A DNA stretch of 63,697 nucleotides, the filler included. It is 6 parts of 6 records of this genome, joined end to end, with 100 filler letters (N's around TTAATTAATTAA, not from the genome) between each part and the next. Parts side by side here need not be neighbours in the genome. Positions count along the whole stretch, not along the records: positions 19,815 to 29,552 come from SRR31156797_24740; positions 29,653 to 35,992 come from SRR31156797_24779; 4 more parts are not named here. One strand, 5' to 3'. Each line of letters opens with the position of its first letter. Position 1 is the stretch's first letter. The notes beneath the pieces were generated by a model, which saw only the letters and a list, made by a program, of their open reading frames with translations, was not told the DNA's origin and ran no database searches. Shown here one piece after another: positions 19,817 through 30,121 of this stretch. The position numbers and the translations under genes were made by a program.

Positions 19817-21742
19817 GATCTGTCAGGACTTCCCCTGGCATTGAAAAAACTCCTGCCCCAGACCCTTCTGGCAAAAGAACTTGACCGCTGTAACCGGATC
19901 CGGGGCAATGCCCAGGGCGTTCTTGGCCTAAAAAAAGACACCGGCGATCTTGCCGTAACGGTCAAGGCCACAGAAATCACCCTGGATGGTGAATACAACC
20001 GCATTCCCGGAGAGATGCATATCATGGCGAAGGAGTTCACCTATGATACCGCCGGCATTTCCGTCACCGGCATGGATGCCGCATCCGGCATGGGAACGCT
20101 CTCCAATGTCTCCGGCGCGATCACCCTGGGAAACCATCCTGTTCTCACCATAAAGACAGCCGGGGCCCGGCTCGACCTGTCCGGTTTCTTTCCGTGGCTC
20201 ACCTCGTTCAGGCCCATCCGGACCGCAATGTCCCCCATCACCTCAGCCCTGGGAGAATTAGCGGTTGACGGGGCCACCATGGACGGGCCGGTTCTCACAC
20301 CTGAGAAATGGCAGTTCGACATCACCGGCACCCTGGCCGGCCTGGACCTGGGAACCGGCGTGTCAAAGGCTGAGATCCAGAACGCGGCCTGTAACTTCAA
20401 TGTTTCCCACAAAAACGCGACCCTCTCCGACATGGCCGGCACCGTCAACCGGCCGGAATTGATCAGCTCACTGACCAGGGCGCCCTTCTTAGACGAACTT
20501 GCCATGCCCCTCACCCTGTCCAACGGATTTTTCACAACAGGAGAGGAAACACCCGAGTTCAAGGGGCTCCTTACATTTAACAAGGTGACCGGCCTCTTCC
20601 TCAACATCAAGGGCACACCCGACGACTATGTGGTCAACCGGGCGGAACTCAGGGAAAAAGATCGAACCGATGCCCGGGTGTCTTATCCGGAGGGGATCCT
20701 GAACTTCCAGGGCAGCCTGGATACCAGAACCCTGGAAACCCTCCTGGCAGGGAACAGCCTGACCCTGGAACGCCTCCTGGCCCTGACCCAGGGGAAACAT
20801 TTTTTGATCGAATCAAACTTCGAAAACAGCATTACAGTGACGGCCGATTTCATCAACCTTGATACAATGGAAAAGACCGGGGCAAAGACCCCAAGAGCGC
20901 CTGCCCTCAAACAGGTTTTCTCCAAACCCATCACCATAAAAGCCAAAGCCCTCAAGTACAAGGGATACATATTCAGCCCGTTTGAAGCCAAGGTCTCCCT
21001 GAACGGCCCCAAAACAGCAATCTCCATCGTCCACGCCCGATGCTGCAGCCTGGATGGTACCGCCACCCTGGTCAATAATGACGGTGCCATTGAGATAAAA
21101 GCGGCCGTTGATATCCCCAATGGCGACCTGAACAAGACCTTTTCATGCATCTGGGGCAAAAAAGACCTGATCAAGGGAACGTACTCCCTCAAGGCAAGCC
21201 TGCAGGCAAGCGGCAGGGCGGAGACCGTGGCCGGCAAGGCCCAGGGCCGGATCGACCTCTCCTCTATCGGGGGACGCATTTATAAACTGACCCTGCTTTC
21301 CAGGATTCTCTCGGTCATCAACATATCGAATTATTTCAAAGGCAAACTGCCGGACATCGAACAGAACGGCTTTGCCTACAACTCGCTGACAGTGGATGCC
21401 AATGTGAAAGACAGCCGGATCGTCCTCAATAGCGCCGTAATTGACGGTGCGGACATGACCCTCATCTTCACCGGCTGGATCGACCCGGTAGAGAAAACCA
21501 TGGAGCTCACCTGCCTTGTCGCCCCGTTCAAGACCGCCGACCTCCTTATCGAAAAGGTCCCCATCCTTGGAAGGATTCTCAACGGAAGACTGGTATCCAT
21601 TCCTGTAAAGGCGGTGGGCGGACTCCATGATCCAAAGGTGTTCCTGCTTCCCCCTGCCGAAGTCGGCAAGGGGCTTGTCAGAACCATGCAGCGGATTCTT
21701 GAAACACCGTTCAAGCTGATTGAAAAGCTTCCGGGCAAATGA
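19817..21742 (+). CDS. AsmA-like/YhdP family protein, 5' truncated
   Basis: Frame open from the contig edge; beta-rich; AsmA_2-like C-terminus (GFAYNSL, IDG, VAPFKTAD..KVPILG). Confidence 0.78.
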   Translation, partial: DLSGLPLALKKLLPQTLLAKELDRCNRIRGNAQGVLGLKKDTGDLAVTVKATEITLDGEYNRIPGEMHIMAKEFTYDTAGISVTGMDAASGMGTLSNVSGAITLGNHPVLTIKTAGARLDLSGFFPWLTSFRPIRTAMSPITSALGELAVDGATMDGPVLTPEKWQFDITGTLAGLDLGTGVSKAEIQNAACNFNVSHKNATLSDMAGTVNRPELISSLTRAPFLDELAMPLTLSNGFFTTGEETPEFKGLLTFNKVTGLFLNIKGTPDDYVVNRAELREKDRTDARVSYPEGILNFQGSLDTRTLETLLAGNSLTLERLLALTQGKHFLIESNFENSITVTADFINLDTMEKTGAKTPRAPALKQVFSKPITIKAKALKYKGYIFSPFEAKVSLNGPKTAISIVHARCCSLDGTATLVNNDGAIEIKAAVDIPNGDLNKTFSCIWGKKDLIKGTYSLKASLQASGRAETVAGKAQGRIDLSSIGGRIYKLTLLSRILSVINISNYFKGKLPDIEQNGFAYNSLTVDANVKDSRIVLNSAVIDGADMTLIFTGWIDPVEKTMELTCLVAPFKTADLLIEKVPILGRILNGRLVSIPVKAVGGLHDPKVFLLPPAEVGKGLVRTMQRILETPFKLIEKLPGK

Positions 21743-21767
21743 CAGACAAGGAGGTATAAAAAGGGCC

Positions 21768-22124
21768 ATGTATCTTTTATCGTTTTATGTCCCCGAATCC
21801 CACCTGGAGACCGTAAAAACAGCGCTGTTTCAGAAAGGGGCCGGCAAATTGGGCAACTATGATTGCTGCTCATGGCAGACAAAGGGGATGGGACAATTCC
21901 GCCCCCTTGACGGCAGCACCCCTTTTATGGGAAACACAGGAAAAATTCACCTGGAAGAGGAATATAAGGTTGATTTGATTTGCAACAATGATATTATCAA
22001 GGATGTTATACGTGAGCTAGTCAGGGTACACCCCTATGAGGAACCGGCTTACCATGCGGTGAAAATATTAACCTTGGACGAACTGATGTCGACAGAGACT
22101 GAAAAAAACGACCATGATGCCTGA
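21768..22124 (+). CDS. YqfO/NIF3-like small protein
   Basis: FYVPESHLE, GAGKLGNYDCCS, GQFRP, HPYEEPAY; AGGAGG upstream. Confidence 0.88.
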   Translation: MYLLSFYVPESHLETVKTALFQKGAGKLGNYDCCSWQTKGMGQFRPLDGSTPFMGNTGKIHLEEEYKVDLICNNDIIKDVIRELVRVHPYEEPAYHAVKILTLDELMSTETEKNDHDA

Positions 22125-22881
22125 TCCTGATTCCATCCACACGAAAACCGCTGATATCGGATACTCGACACTGGGTTCCCAGGGACAGCTCAAGATCGTT
22201 AGCATTCTCAACTTTCTCCAGGATGCTGCATCGGAACATGCGGCGGCCCTGGGGGTTTCGGGATTTGACCTTGCCAGGGAAAACCTTGCCTGGGTCATCT
22301 CACGATATCATATAGAAATAAAAGCAACTCCCAAATGGCGTGATGAGATCTGGATAGAGACCTGGAGAACTCCGGTAAAGAACCTCTACGAGTTGAGGCA
22401 GTTCAGAATTATAGACAGCGAGGCCAGGGAGCTCATCACAGCCCGGGCATTCTGGGTGATGGTCAAGAAGGAGAACGGCCGGCCCGTCCGGTTGAGCAGA
22501 TATCTTTCAGACAGATTCCTGGAAAAGAACCCCCACTCCGGCACCACAGAGATGTTCCAGACACCCAAAGGTCCCGGCGGGGTAGATTTTGAACTACCGT
22601 TCAAGGTACGGATGCACGATCTCGACCTGAACCACCATGTAAACAATGCCATCTACGTGGAGTGGGCCGTTGAAACGGTACCGGAGCCCCTGCTCTTGAA
22701 CTACAGGCCGGAAACCATCAATGTCAGTTTTCACAGGGAATCGTTTTACGGAGATGCCATCGTATCCAGGACCCAGATCGTTGAAACCCAGGAAGGGCCG
22801 CAAACCCTGCACTCGATCCTGGGAAAGGAAGGCACGATGGAACTTGCCCGGATCAACATCCTATGGAGGCCCCAGGACTGA
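22114..22881 (+). CDS. Acyl-ACP thioesterase
   Basis: LQDAASEHA, WVISR, DLDLNHHVNNAIY double hot-dog motifs. Confidence 0.9.
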   Translation: MMPDPDSIHTKTADIGYSTLGSQGQLKIVSILNFLQDAASEHAAALGVSGFDLARENLAWVISRYHIEIKATPKWRDEIWIETWRTPVKNLYELRQFRIIDSEARELITARAFWVMVKKENGRPVRLSRYLSDRFLEKNPHSGTTEMFQTPKGPGGVDFELPFKVRMHDLDLNHHVNNAIYVEWAVETVPEPLLLNYRPETINVSFHRESFYGDAIVSRTQIVETQEGPQTLHSILGKEGTMELARINILWRPQD

Positions 22882-22883
22882 GG

Positions 22884-23360
22884 ATGAGTGAATGTTCAAA
22901 GGCCTATAACCAGGCGATCCGGTTCCTTGCCCCCCGGGCAAGGAGCATCATGGAAACAGAGGCGAACCTCCAAAAAAAGGGGTTTGATCCCCAGGTGATC
23001 GACGAAACCGTATCGATACTCAAACAGGAGCGCCTGCTCGATGACAGGGAATTTGCCGCCCTGTTTGTCGAAAACAGAGAGCGATTTCGACCGAAATCCA
23101 GGTTTGCCCTGAAATATGAGCTGAGACAAAAAGGGATCAGCGACACCATTATCCAGGAGGCCCTGGAATCGGTTGACGATTTTGAGGCAGCCCGGAGAGC
23201 CGTCAGATCCAAACTCGGCCAGTGGCAACATCTTGACAGGGAAACCTTCAAGAAAAAGATGATGAACTATTTACGAAACAGGGGATTCGGCTATGAGGTC
23301 TCGATTTCAACCTACCGCACGAGCCTGATCCAGGACCATTCATCGGAGGAGTACCGTTGA
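22884..23360 (+). CDS. recX: Regulatory protein RecX
   Basis: AIRFLAPRARS, LLDDREFA, ELRQKGI, YLRNRGF. Confidence 0.88.
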   Translation: MSECSKAYNQAIRFLAPRARSIMETEANLQKKGFDPQVIDETVSILKQERLLDDREFAALFVENRERFRPKSRFALKYELRQKGISDTIIQEALESVDDFEAARRAVRSKLGQWQHLDRETFKKKMMNYLRNRGFGYEVSISTYRTSLIQDHSSEEYR

Positions 23361-23842
23361 AAATCAAATTTTTCACCCTGGGCGGCACCATTGACAAGGT
23401 CTATTTTGACGCCATGAGCAGGTACGAGATCGGACCGCCCAGTATCCGGGATATCCTGAAGGATGCCCGGATCAACTTTGACTACGAGGTGGAATCCCTC
23501 CTGAGAAAAGATTCCCTGGACATGACCGACCAGGACAGGAACATCCTCTTCGAGGCGGTGAGGACAGACAGCAACGACCGCATTGTCATCACCCACGGTA
23601 CCGACACCATGACTGAAACGGGGAGACGCCTCAAACAGATCAAGAACAAGACCATCGTCCTCACCGGCGCCATGGAACCCGCCGGGTTCAAGTCAAGCGA
23701 TGCGACCTTTAACCTAGGCTGTGCCATTGCCGCGGTCCAGACCCTGCCCCCTGGCATCTACATCGCAATCAGCGGAAGGATCTTTGACCCGGAAAAGACC
23801 CAAAAAAACCGGGAGCGAAAACAATTTGAAGAACGGCGATAA
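23357..23842 (+). CDS. Short single-domain L-asparaginase
   Basis: LGGTIDK, KDSLDM, ITHGTDTM, LTGAM, SDATFNLG; 161 aa. Confidence 0.88.
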   Translation: MKIKFFTLGGTIDKVYFDAMSRYEIGPPSIRDILKDARINFDYEVESLLRKDSLDMTDQDRNILFEAVRTDSNDRIVITHGTDTMTETGRRLKQIKNKTIVLTGAMEPAGFKSSDATFNLGCAIAAVQTLPPGIYIAISGRIFDPEKTQKNRERKQFEERR

Positions 23843-24111
23843 ACATATAGGTCAATTGAGAAAATTATTCCATAAGAAGTATTACAACTTCTTCATATTT
23901 ACACAAAATTTCGAACAGTTACCCGACGAAATCCGGTAACACGATGTACTCTTTCTCATTAAATGGCGACGAAAAAGGCGATCGTTCCTTTGGTGACGAT
24001 CCTATCCCCGCCATTCGGCAAAAAGCAAAAAAAAGCGGTATATTTTTTGCATTATTACCTTCAATATCGTTATTTTAACATGCATTGGTGTCTACAAAGG
24101 AAATCTCAAAC

Positions 24112-24513
24112 ATGGCTACCAGAAAAAGAACGGTTGAAAGACGAAAAAACAAACGGTACAGAGCCAAAGAGGGGGCTTATGCAGCGATCAGCCCTCACTC
24201 CAGAAAGCTAGGGCAGATCGTCGATATCAGCATGGGTGGACTTGCTTTCAAATATATCGACAACAACGATGAAAGAGAAGATCAGCCGGAACGCTCAATC
24301 TTTTTGAGCAGCCTGGGCTATTACGTCGGAGAACTGCCCTTCAAGACCATCGAAGATTACGAAGTAACCAACTACCCATCGTTCAGTTCCATGAAATTGC
24401 GGAAACGGCGTGTCAAGTTCACGGAACTGACCTTTAAACAGTTGTTCGATCTTGATTTCTATCTGAGAAACAACGTGATCGAAACGGTGGAAGACAATCC
24501 CCAGACACCCTAG
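24112..24513 (+). CDS. PilZ-domain (c-di-GMP binding) protein
   Basis: ERRKNKR (RxxxR) and DISMGG (DxSxxG). Confidence 0.85.
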   Translation: MATRKRTVERRKNKRYRAKEGAYAAISPHSRKLGQIVDISMGGLAFKYIDNNDEREDQPERSIFLSSLGYYVGELPFKTIEDYEVTNYPSFSSMKLRKRRVKFTELTFKQLFDLDFYLRNNVIETVEDNPQTP

Positions 24514-24540
24514 GCCTGGGGTCATCACCAGCCAACGATT

Positions 24541-27381
24541 CTAGTCAATGGGTCTTATAACAATTGAAGTCCCTGTTCTTTTGTTGCAGTAATTCTTTGC
24601 GAGCGCGTTGATCTCATCGACGGTTATCGATTCATAATCATCGATAATGCTCCGTGCCCAGTCAAATTTTTCAGGATGATCGCCAGAACCTGAAAGCACG
24701 GATTCGAGCCAATACCCATTGGCTTTTTTAACATCCTTGATATGGGTGATTACCGGCTTGCGCGCAAGATCAACCTCCTTCTGGCTCACCCCGTTCTCCG
24801 CAAGGGAGGCGGCAATTGCCTGGATCTCTTTCATCACCATGGGCGCCGCATCCGGCTCGACGCCCACGACGGCGCGCAGGATTCCATACCCGTCATAGCA
24901 GCGGGAGGGATCGTTATAAGCATAGGGCGAATAGGATGCCCCTAGTTTCTCACGAACGCTCTTCCTGAGCCGTTCCGAAAAAATGGCGGCAACAAGGTTC
25001 AAGCGCCTTGTCTGCCGGATATCCCAAAAATCGTCGGTTGGAAACGCCAGCTGAACCAGGGCCTTATTCAGGGTCGTATCAACGGTTAATTCCAGGTTTT
25101 TCCCCTTGGGAAATCCGGGATCCGGACGATGCTGTTTAAGCACGACCCCGTTCCGCCCTGGCAGGGTCCCCAAATACCTTCCAACGGCGTCGACCACCGA
25201 GGACGGGTCCACATCCCCGACCACGGAAACCTCTACACTGCCCTGCTCGAAAAAGGGCTTCATCCAGGTTTCAATATCCTTGAGGGAGATCGCTTCCACG
25301 GCCTCCAGGGACGGCAACCCGAACCGGGAATCGCCGTTTGCCAGAAACCTGGCCCCCTCGAGCTCCATGACACCTTCCGGTGTACCAATGAGCTGCTTGT
25401 GCATCTGCCTGTACCGCTCCTTTGCAAGGACCAGGGCGTCGGCCCTGCTTCCCGGATCGAGGAAATAGGTACGAACCAGCTGAAATACCAGCGCGGCCTC
25501 ATCCGGTCCGGCAGATCCTTCAAGAAAGAACCGGTCCTGGCCGGCCACAAAGTGGATATTTACATTCCTGCCCGCCAGGGCTTCTTCCAGCTGATCCTTG
25601 TCAATCCCCCCGAATCCGCTCTCATTGATGACACTTGCACCAAGAAGGGCGAGCCCCGGCATATCTTCAGGTTCAGCCTTGATCCCCTGCCCGAACCCGA
25701 CCTTAAAAATAAATTCCCCCCGCTTGAAATCGGTGGGCTTGAGACTCAATTTCACCTGGTTCTCAAATTCAACAACCGTAATCCCCAGATCATCGATGAC
25801 GTTCAGCGCCTTGATGCCGCCAGAGGTTGCGGGTTCCGGAAGATAGGGGAAACCTGCCCGGTCATGGGCCTCCAGGGGCAGCACGGTCTGGGAACGGCTC
25901 CGGTGAAAAGTCCCCAGAATAGCCTGGTCCGCCCCGGTCCCGTTTGGAGAACCGATGACGGCATTCCCGGTCACAAGCACCAGCCGATGCTCCTTGGCCC
26001 ATGTATCCCTGAAAGCCCGCGCCACATCCTTAAGGGTCAGGGACCGGATATAGGGTACCAGGAGATCCCGTTTCTGCTGGGGAGACTGGAACACCTGTTT
26101 CTTGTTTGTCGTCCGGATGATCTCCCGGGCAAGCTGGCTGCTCTTCCGGGTGGAGGCCTCTTTGACGGCGCTCTCCAGCTCCAGGATATAGTCGGCCTTG
26201 ACACGGTCCAGCTCCTGGTCCGAGAAACCGAACGCAAGCGCCCGCCGAAGGCTCTTCTCCAGAACCCCGAGGGTTTCTTCCCACCGGTCGGGCGGGGTTT
26301 CCGCGCTGATGGCGGAAAAGTAGACGCCTTGAAGGAAACTGCCGGAATAGATCCCGGCATCGGAGAGAAGGGAGCCCTGTTTTCTCACGGTTCTGGCCAG
26401 CCTGTTCCGGACAATGGCCTCGGCCACATCCCGCACCACCCTTTCCTTGAGCTTCGGCAGGGTGTCTGCCTCAAACGGCACGGGCGCCACCGTCTCAATG
26501 GTCACCGTGGTGTTTCCGGCTTCCGGCTCAAAGTGATAAAACGCCCTGTCCCGGTCATACCCTTCCCAGGAGTCCCTGCCCGCGACCTGCTTTGCCCCCC
26601 TGGGTTTCATCCCGGAGAAACGCTCCTTGATGAGCCCTTCCACGGTTGCAACATCAAATTCCCCGACCACAACCAGCACCATGGTGTCAGGCCGGTACCA
26701 GGTATCGTAAAATTCTTTTAACAGCGCACGATCGGCCTTGGAGATCACTTCTTCCGTGCCAATGGGCAAACGCCTCGCAAGCCTGGCCCCGGGAAGTTCA
26801 AACCCGAGGGTGGCCTCAAAGGTTCTATAGGAAACCGAATCCCTCTCCCGCTTCTCCGACAGGATCACCCCCCGCTCCCTGTCGACTTCCGATTCAAGGA
26901 GCAGCGCCCCCCGGGCAAAGTCGTCAAGGACCAGGAGCCCCTGGTCAATGCTGTCCCGGTCTCCGGCAGGAAGGAAAATGTCATAAACGGTTTCAAAAAA
27001 ACCGGTATGGGCATTGGCATCCGAACCGAAACTCATCCCAATGGACTGAAAATATTCGACCAGCTCATCGGGCTTGAAATGGGTGGAACCATTAAAGAGC
27101 ATGTGCTCCAGGTAATGGGCAACCCCTCGCTGTTCCTCGGTTTCGTTCATGGAACCGGCCTGGATGTCGAGGTGCATGCTGACCCTGTTTTCAGGATTTG
27201 CGTTTTCAAGGAGAAGATAGGTAAAACCGTTGGGAAGAGTTCCCCGAATGAGGCGGGGATCGGGTTCAAGACGTTCCGACCCGGACAGGGTCCCAGGTGC
27301 AGTGGTTATACTTTTGCCGGCAGGGGTGCAGGCGGCGATAACAAAAAGACAAAGAACGAAAAAAAACTTTACCCGATACAT
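24541..27381 (-). CDS. M16 family zinc protease (PqqL-like), probable lipoprotein
   Basis: IAAC lipobox, GVAHYLEHMLFNGS (HXXEH), ANAHT, ERGVILSE, VREKLGASYS. Confidence 0.92.
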   Translation of the reverse strand: MYRVKFFFVLCLFVIAACTPAGKSITTAPGTLSGSERLEPDPRLIRGTLPNGFTYLLLENANPENRVSMHLDIQAGSMNETEEQRGVAHYLEHMLFNGSTHFKPDELVEYFQSIGMSFGSDANAHTGFFETVYDIFLPAGDRDSIDQGLLVLDDFARGALLLESEVDRERGVILSEKRERDSVSYRTFEATLGFELPGARLARRLPIGTEEVISKADRALLKEFYDTWYRPDTMVLVVVGEFDVATVEGLIKERFSGMKPRGAKQVAGRDSWEGYDRDRAFYHFEPEAGNTTVTIETVAPVPFEADTLPKLKERVVRDVAEAIVRNRLARTVRKQGSLLSDAGIYSGSFLQGVYFSAISAETPPDRWEETLGVLEKSLRRALAFGFSDQELDRVKADYILELESAVKEASTRKSSQLAREIIRTTNKKQVFQSPQQKRDLLVPYIRSLTLKDVARAFRDTWAKEHRLVLVTGNAVIGSPNGTGADQAILGTFHRSRSQTVLPLEAHDRAGFPYLPEPATSGGIKALNVIDDLGITVVEFENQVKLSLKPTDFKRGEFIFKVGFGQGIKAEPEDMPGLALLGASVINESGFGGIDKDQLEEALAGRNVNIHFVAGQDRFFLEGSAGPDEAALVFQLVRTYFLDPGSRADALVLAKERYRQMHKQLIGTPEGVMELEGARFLANGDSRFGLPSLEAVEAISLKDIETWMKPFFEQGSVEVSVVGDVDPSSVVDAVGRYLGTLPGRNGVVLKQHRPDPGFPKGKNLELTVDTTLNKALVQLAFPTDDFWDIRQTRRLNLVAAIFSERLRKSVREKLGASYSPYAYNDPSRCYDGYGILRAVVGVEPDAAPMVMKEIQAIAASLAENGVSQKEVDLARKPVITHIKDVKKANGYWLESVLSGSGDHPEKFDWARSIIDDYESITVDEINALAKNYCNKRTGTSIVIRPID

Positions 27382-27411
27382 GAGGATTCTCTACCTTAAT
27401 TAAGGAGGGGG

Positions 27412-27444
27412 AAAAAGGGGTGCAGGCGAAGGACCGCCTGCACC
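27412..27444 (-). terminator. Rho-independent terminator after the PpiD-like gene
   Basis: 10-bp stem GGTGCAGGCG/CGCCTGCACC followed by a T-tract on the minus strand. Confidence 0.7.
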
Positions 27445-27461
27445 AGCTTATTTGGAAATGG

Positions 27462-29354
27462 TTAGTCCTGGAACCCCGGCTCAATTTCGACAGTGCCGCG
27501 CTTCTTCAGCTCCTGGATCCACTCTTCGTAGGTTTTACCCTGTTTTGACTGGACAACCGCTTTTTTAACATCCGCCAGATTTTCGTTGATCTCGGCTTCC
27601 TCCGGCAATTTCTTCTCCCGGAAAGCGATGACATAGTAACTGCCATTGCCCGGGATCACCTTGGAGCAGATGGGAGCCTTTTCGGTGAGATCAAAGGCGG
27701 CCTGTGTTATTTCCTGATTCCGGCCGAACTCGGGAGCAGAACCGCTCCTGGAAAACAGGGATGACGCCTTTACCTCAAGCCCCTTTTCCTTGGCCAGCGC
27801 CTTCAAATCCTTGCTCTCCTTGAGGGCTGCAAGAAACGTTTCGGCCTCGAGTTTTGCCCGCTCCCGCCTGAGCTTGGCCGTCAGATCCCTTACAACCGTT
27901 TCACGCACCGCGTCAAGGGCCCGCACCTCCGGCTCGATCCTGTCGACCGGCTTGACAATGTAGTAGGCATCCCCGATCTCCAGGACCTCCCCGATCTCCT
28001 TCATGGGCAGTGCGAACGCCGCTTCAGCAAACCGCCGGCTGTCTGCGACGACAGAACCGGGACCCGCCTTTGTAAACGGCCCGGCAGTGAGCACCTTGTG
28101 CCCGGTGACCAGACCAGCCTGCTCCAGGTCATCCCCGTCGATGATGCCGTCAAAGGCCTTGCCGGCATCGTCGTAGGCACGATTCTTAATCTCGGCGGAT
28201 TCAAGTTTATTCCGGATATCGGCTGTCGCCGCCTCGAGGGAGGTCGTGGATGCCGGGAATTTGGCTTCGACCTTGATCACGTGCCAGCCGAAACGGGTTT
28301 TGACAGGCTTGCTGATCTCCCCGGCTGCCATGGCAAAGGCCGCATCTGCAAAGGGTTTTACCATGGTATCCCTGGTGAACGACCCGAGATATCCGCCGCT
28401 ATCCTTTGACGGTCCCTGGGAGAATTTCTTTGCAAGCCCAGAGAAATCCTCACCGGCAGCAGCCTTTGCATAGACCGCTTCAGCTTCTTTCTTCGCCGCC
28501 TCAACCGCAGCCTCGTCAGCCTCCTCCGGAACCTTGATCAGGATATGACGGGCCTCCACTTTCTCAGGCACCTGATACTGTTTAAGATTCTCTTCGTAAT
28601 AGGCTTTGATATCCCCATCGGATACCGCAACCGTTTCCTTGTAATCGTTAATGTTGAACTCAAGGTATTCGACACTGACCTTGGGCTCGGACTTGTAATT
28701 TTCCTTGTTGGCCTCGTAATATTCGGCAACGGCCTTGTCTTCGGGTTTGACATCTTCGTAATCGGAAGGCGCAAAGGTCAGATAGTCGATGCCCATCTGG
28801 GTCTTTCCATAGATGAACCATTCCCTGGCCTCCTGGTCCGATGCCGAAATGGTACTAAGCACAAGCTCCCGTACCTTCTGCTGCTTCAGCGCCTGCCGCT
28901 GCATCTGCTCAAAGGATTCCGGGCTCAACCGATTCCTTGTCAGCACCATCTTGTAGGTTGCAAGATCAAACGCACCGTTTTTCCTGAAAGCCGGGATACC
29001 AAGAAGGGAATCCCGAAGTTCCTGGTCGGATACGCTGATCTTGAGCCGGTCTGCCTCGCTCAGCACCAGGCGCTCCTCGATGAGCCGGTCAAGGGCCTGT
29101 TTTTTCACCTGGAGCATTTCAAGGATTTCATCGTTGAGATTGTCTCCAAACCTTTGTCGCATCTGCTCAAGAATATTTTGATAGGATCGTTTGTACTCAT
29201 CCAGGGTTATAGGTTCATCGTTGACCGTGGCAACCTGGTTGCCACGTTTGGATCCGATGGAACCCATTCCAAGAAAAACAAACACCAAAACAATAAGACC
29301 AAGCAGAATTTTAATAATCCATGACCCGGTGTTCTCCCGCATGTACTTGAGCAT
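27462..29354 (-). CDS. ppiD: PpiD/SurA-like peptidyl-prolyl isomerase chaperone
   Basis: MLKYMRENTGSW N-terminal anchor, SurA_N domain, parvulin motifs ARHILI, GGYLG, MVKPF, FGWHVI; GGAG RBS before ATG 29354. Confidence 0.88.
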   Translation of the reverse strand: MLKYMRENTGSWIIKILLGLIVLVFVFLGMGSIGSKRGNQVATVNDEPITLDEYKRSYQNILEQMRQRFGDNLNDEILEMLQVKKQALDRLIEERLVLSEADRLKISVSDQELRDSLLGIPAFRKNGAFDLATYKMVLTRNRLSPESFEQMQRQALKQQKVRELVLSTISASDQEAREWFIYGKTQMGIDYLTFAPSDYEDVKPEDKAVAEYYEANKENYKSEPKVSVEYLEFNINDYKETVAVSDGDIKAYYEENLKQYQVPEKVEARHILIKVPEEADEAAVEAAKKEAEAVYAKAAAGEDFSGLAKKFSQGPSKDSGGYLGSFTRDTMVKPFADAAFAMAAGEISKPVKTRFGWHVIKVEAKFPASTTSLEAATADIRNKLESAEIKNRAYDDAGKAFDGIIDGDDLEQAGLVTGHKVLTAGPFTKAGPGSVVADSRRFAEAAFALPMKEIGEVLEIGDAYYIVKPVDRIEPEVRALDAVRETVVRDLTAKLRRERAKLEAETFLAALKESKDLKALAKEKGLEVKASSLFSRSGSAPEFGRNQEITQAAFDLTEKAPICSKVIPGNGSYYVIAFREKKLPEEAEINENLADVKKAVVQSKQGKTYEEWIQELKKRGTVEIEPGFQD

Positions 29355-29481
29355 TACACTCTCCTTACTATCCAAAATAAATAAATTCGATTATGAAACT
29401 GTTTTCATACCGTTATATAAGAGGTTGTGTCAATACTTTATTGAATATCGCTATTTTTTTCATGCCATATCATTTTTTTTG

Positions 29482-29510
29482 TTGACACAACAAAGTCCAT
29501 CGACTATAAA
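29482..29510 (+). promoter_or_regulatory. Sigma70 promoter of the tRNA
   Basis: TTGACA, 17-bp spacer, TATAAA, 16 bp before the tRNA 5' end. Confidence 0.7.
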
Positions 29511-29526
29511 GTGCGAAGTTTTTTGA

Positions 29527-29552
29527 GGGGCTGTAGCTCAGCTGGGAGAGCG
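29527..29552 (+). tRNA. 5' part of a tRNA, most likely tRNA-Ala (anticodon not visible)
   Basis: GGGGCTGTAGCTCAGCTGGGAGAGCG: acceptor strand plus D-arm typical of bacterial tRNA-Ala; cut by the linker. Confidence 0.8.
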
Positions 29553-29652
29553 NNNNNNNNNNNNNNNNNNNNNNNNNNNNNNNNNNNNNNNNNNNNTTAA
29601 TTAATTAANNNNNNNNNNNNNNNNNNNNNNNNNNNNNNNNNNNNNNNNNNNN
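29553..29652. other. Artificial contig linker
   Basis: N44-TTAATTAATTAA-N44. Confidence 0.97.
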
Positions 29653-29683
29653 CCCGGAGTGAATTCACTCCGGGGATTTTTTT
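29653..29683. terminator. Hairpin terminator, possibly bidirectional
   Basis: Perfect palindrome CCCGGAGTGAATTCACTCCGGG followed by a T7 tract. Confidence 0.65.
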
Positions 29684-29715
29684 CGCGCTTGTTAATCTAA
29701 TGCAGCGAAAACGGT

Positions 29716-30099
29716 CTAACCGTTAACTACCTGCAGCTGTTTTTTTACAAATTCCAATTCATTTTCTGATTTAGTAACAGCCTGCTCAGCCAAAGCCTGA
29801 GCGCAGAAGGTAAGCATAACATCCGTATCCAGTCCCAGCAGAATGGAGCCGTTGGAAACTATGCAGGTCTCACCCTGATCTTCCATCAGATACGCTCTCT
29901 TGTCGCGCTCTTCACCATTTCTTGTTGCAATGGAATAGCCTGTGCGCCCCTTTTCGGTACTGTAAACCTTCTCAGAAACCAGCTCCCCGCTGTCTTCATT
30001 GTAATTGAGGGATTCATTTTCAAGTTTTCCGACAAAGGAAATCTGGCCGCCAAAATCATTTTCCAGAGTCACCCTTTTAAGGGCAGCTGACTTTTTCAT
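29716..30099 (-). CDS. Hypothetical protein (127 aa)
   Basis: AAGGA RBS, protein-like composition, 22 bp downstream of the HTH gene; no recognisable motif. Confidence 0.75.
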   Translation of the reverse strand: MKKSAALKRVTLENDFGGQISFVGKLENESLNYNEDSGELVSEKVYSTEKGRTGYSIATRNGEERDKRAYLMEDQGETCIVSNGSILLGLDTDVMLTFCAQALAEQAVTKSENELEFVKKQLQVVNG

Positions 30100-30121
30100 G
30101 ATCCTTGTCCACCGATGTTTC

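Noticed and set aside
25129-26721. 530-aa plus-strand ORF
   Set aside because: Antisense shadow of the M16 peptidase; no motifs; expected in GC-rich coding DNA.
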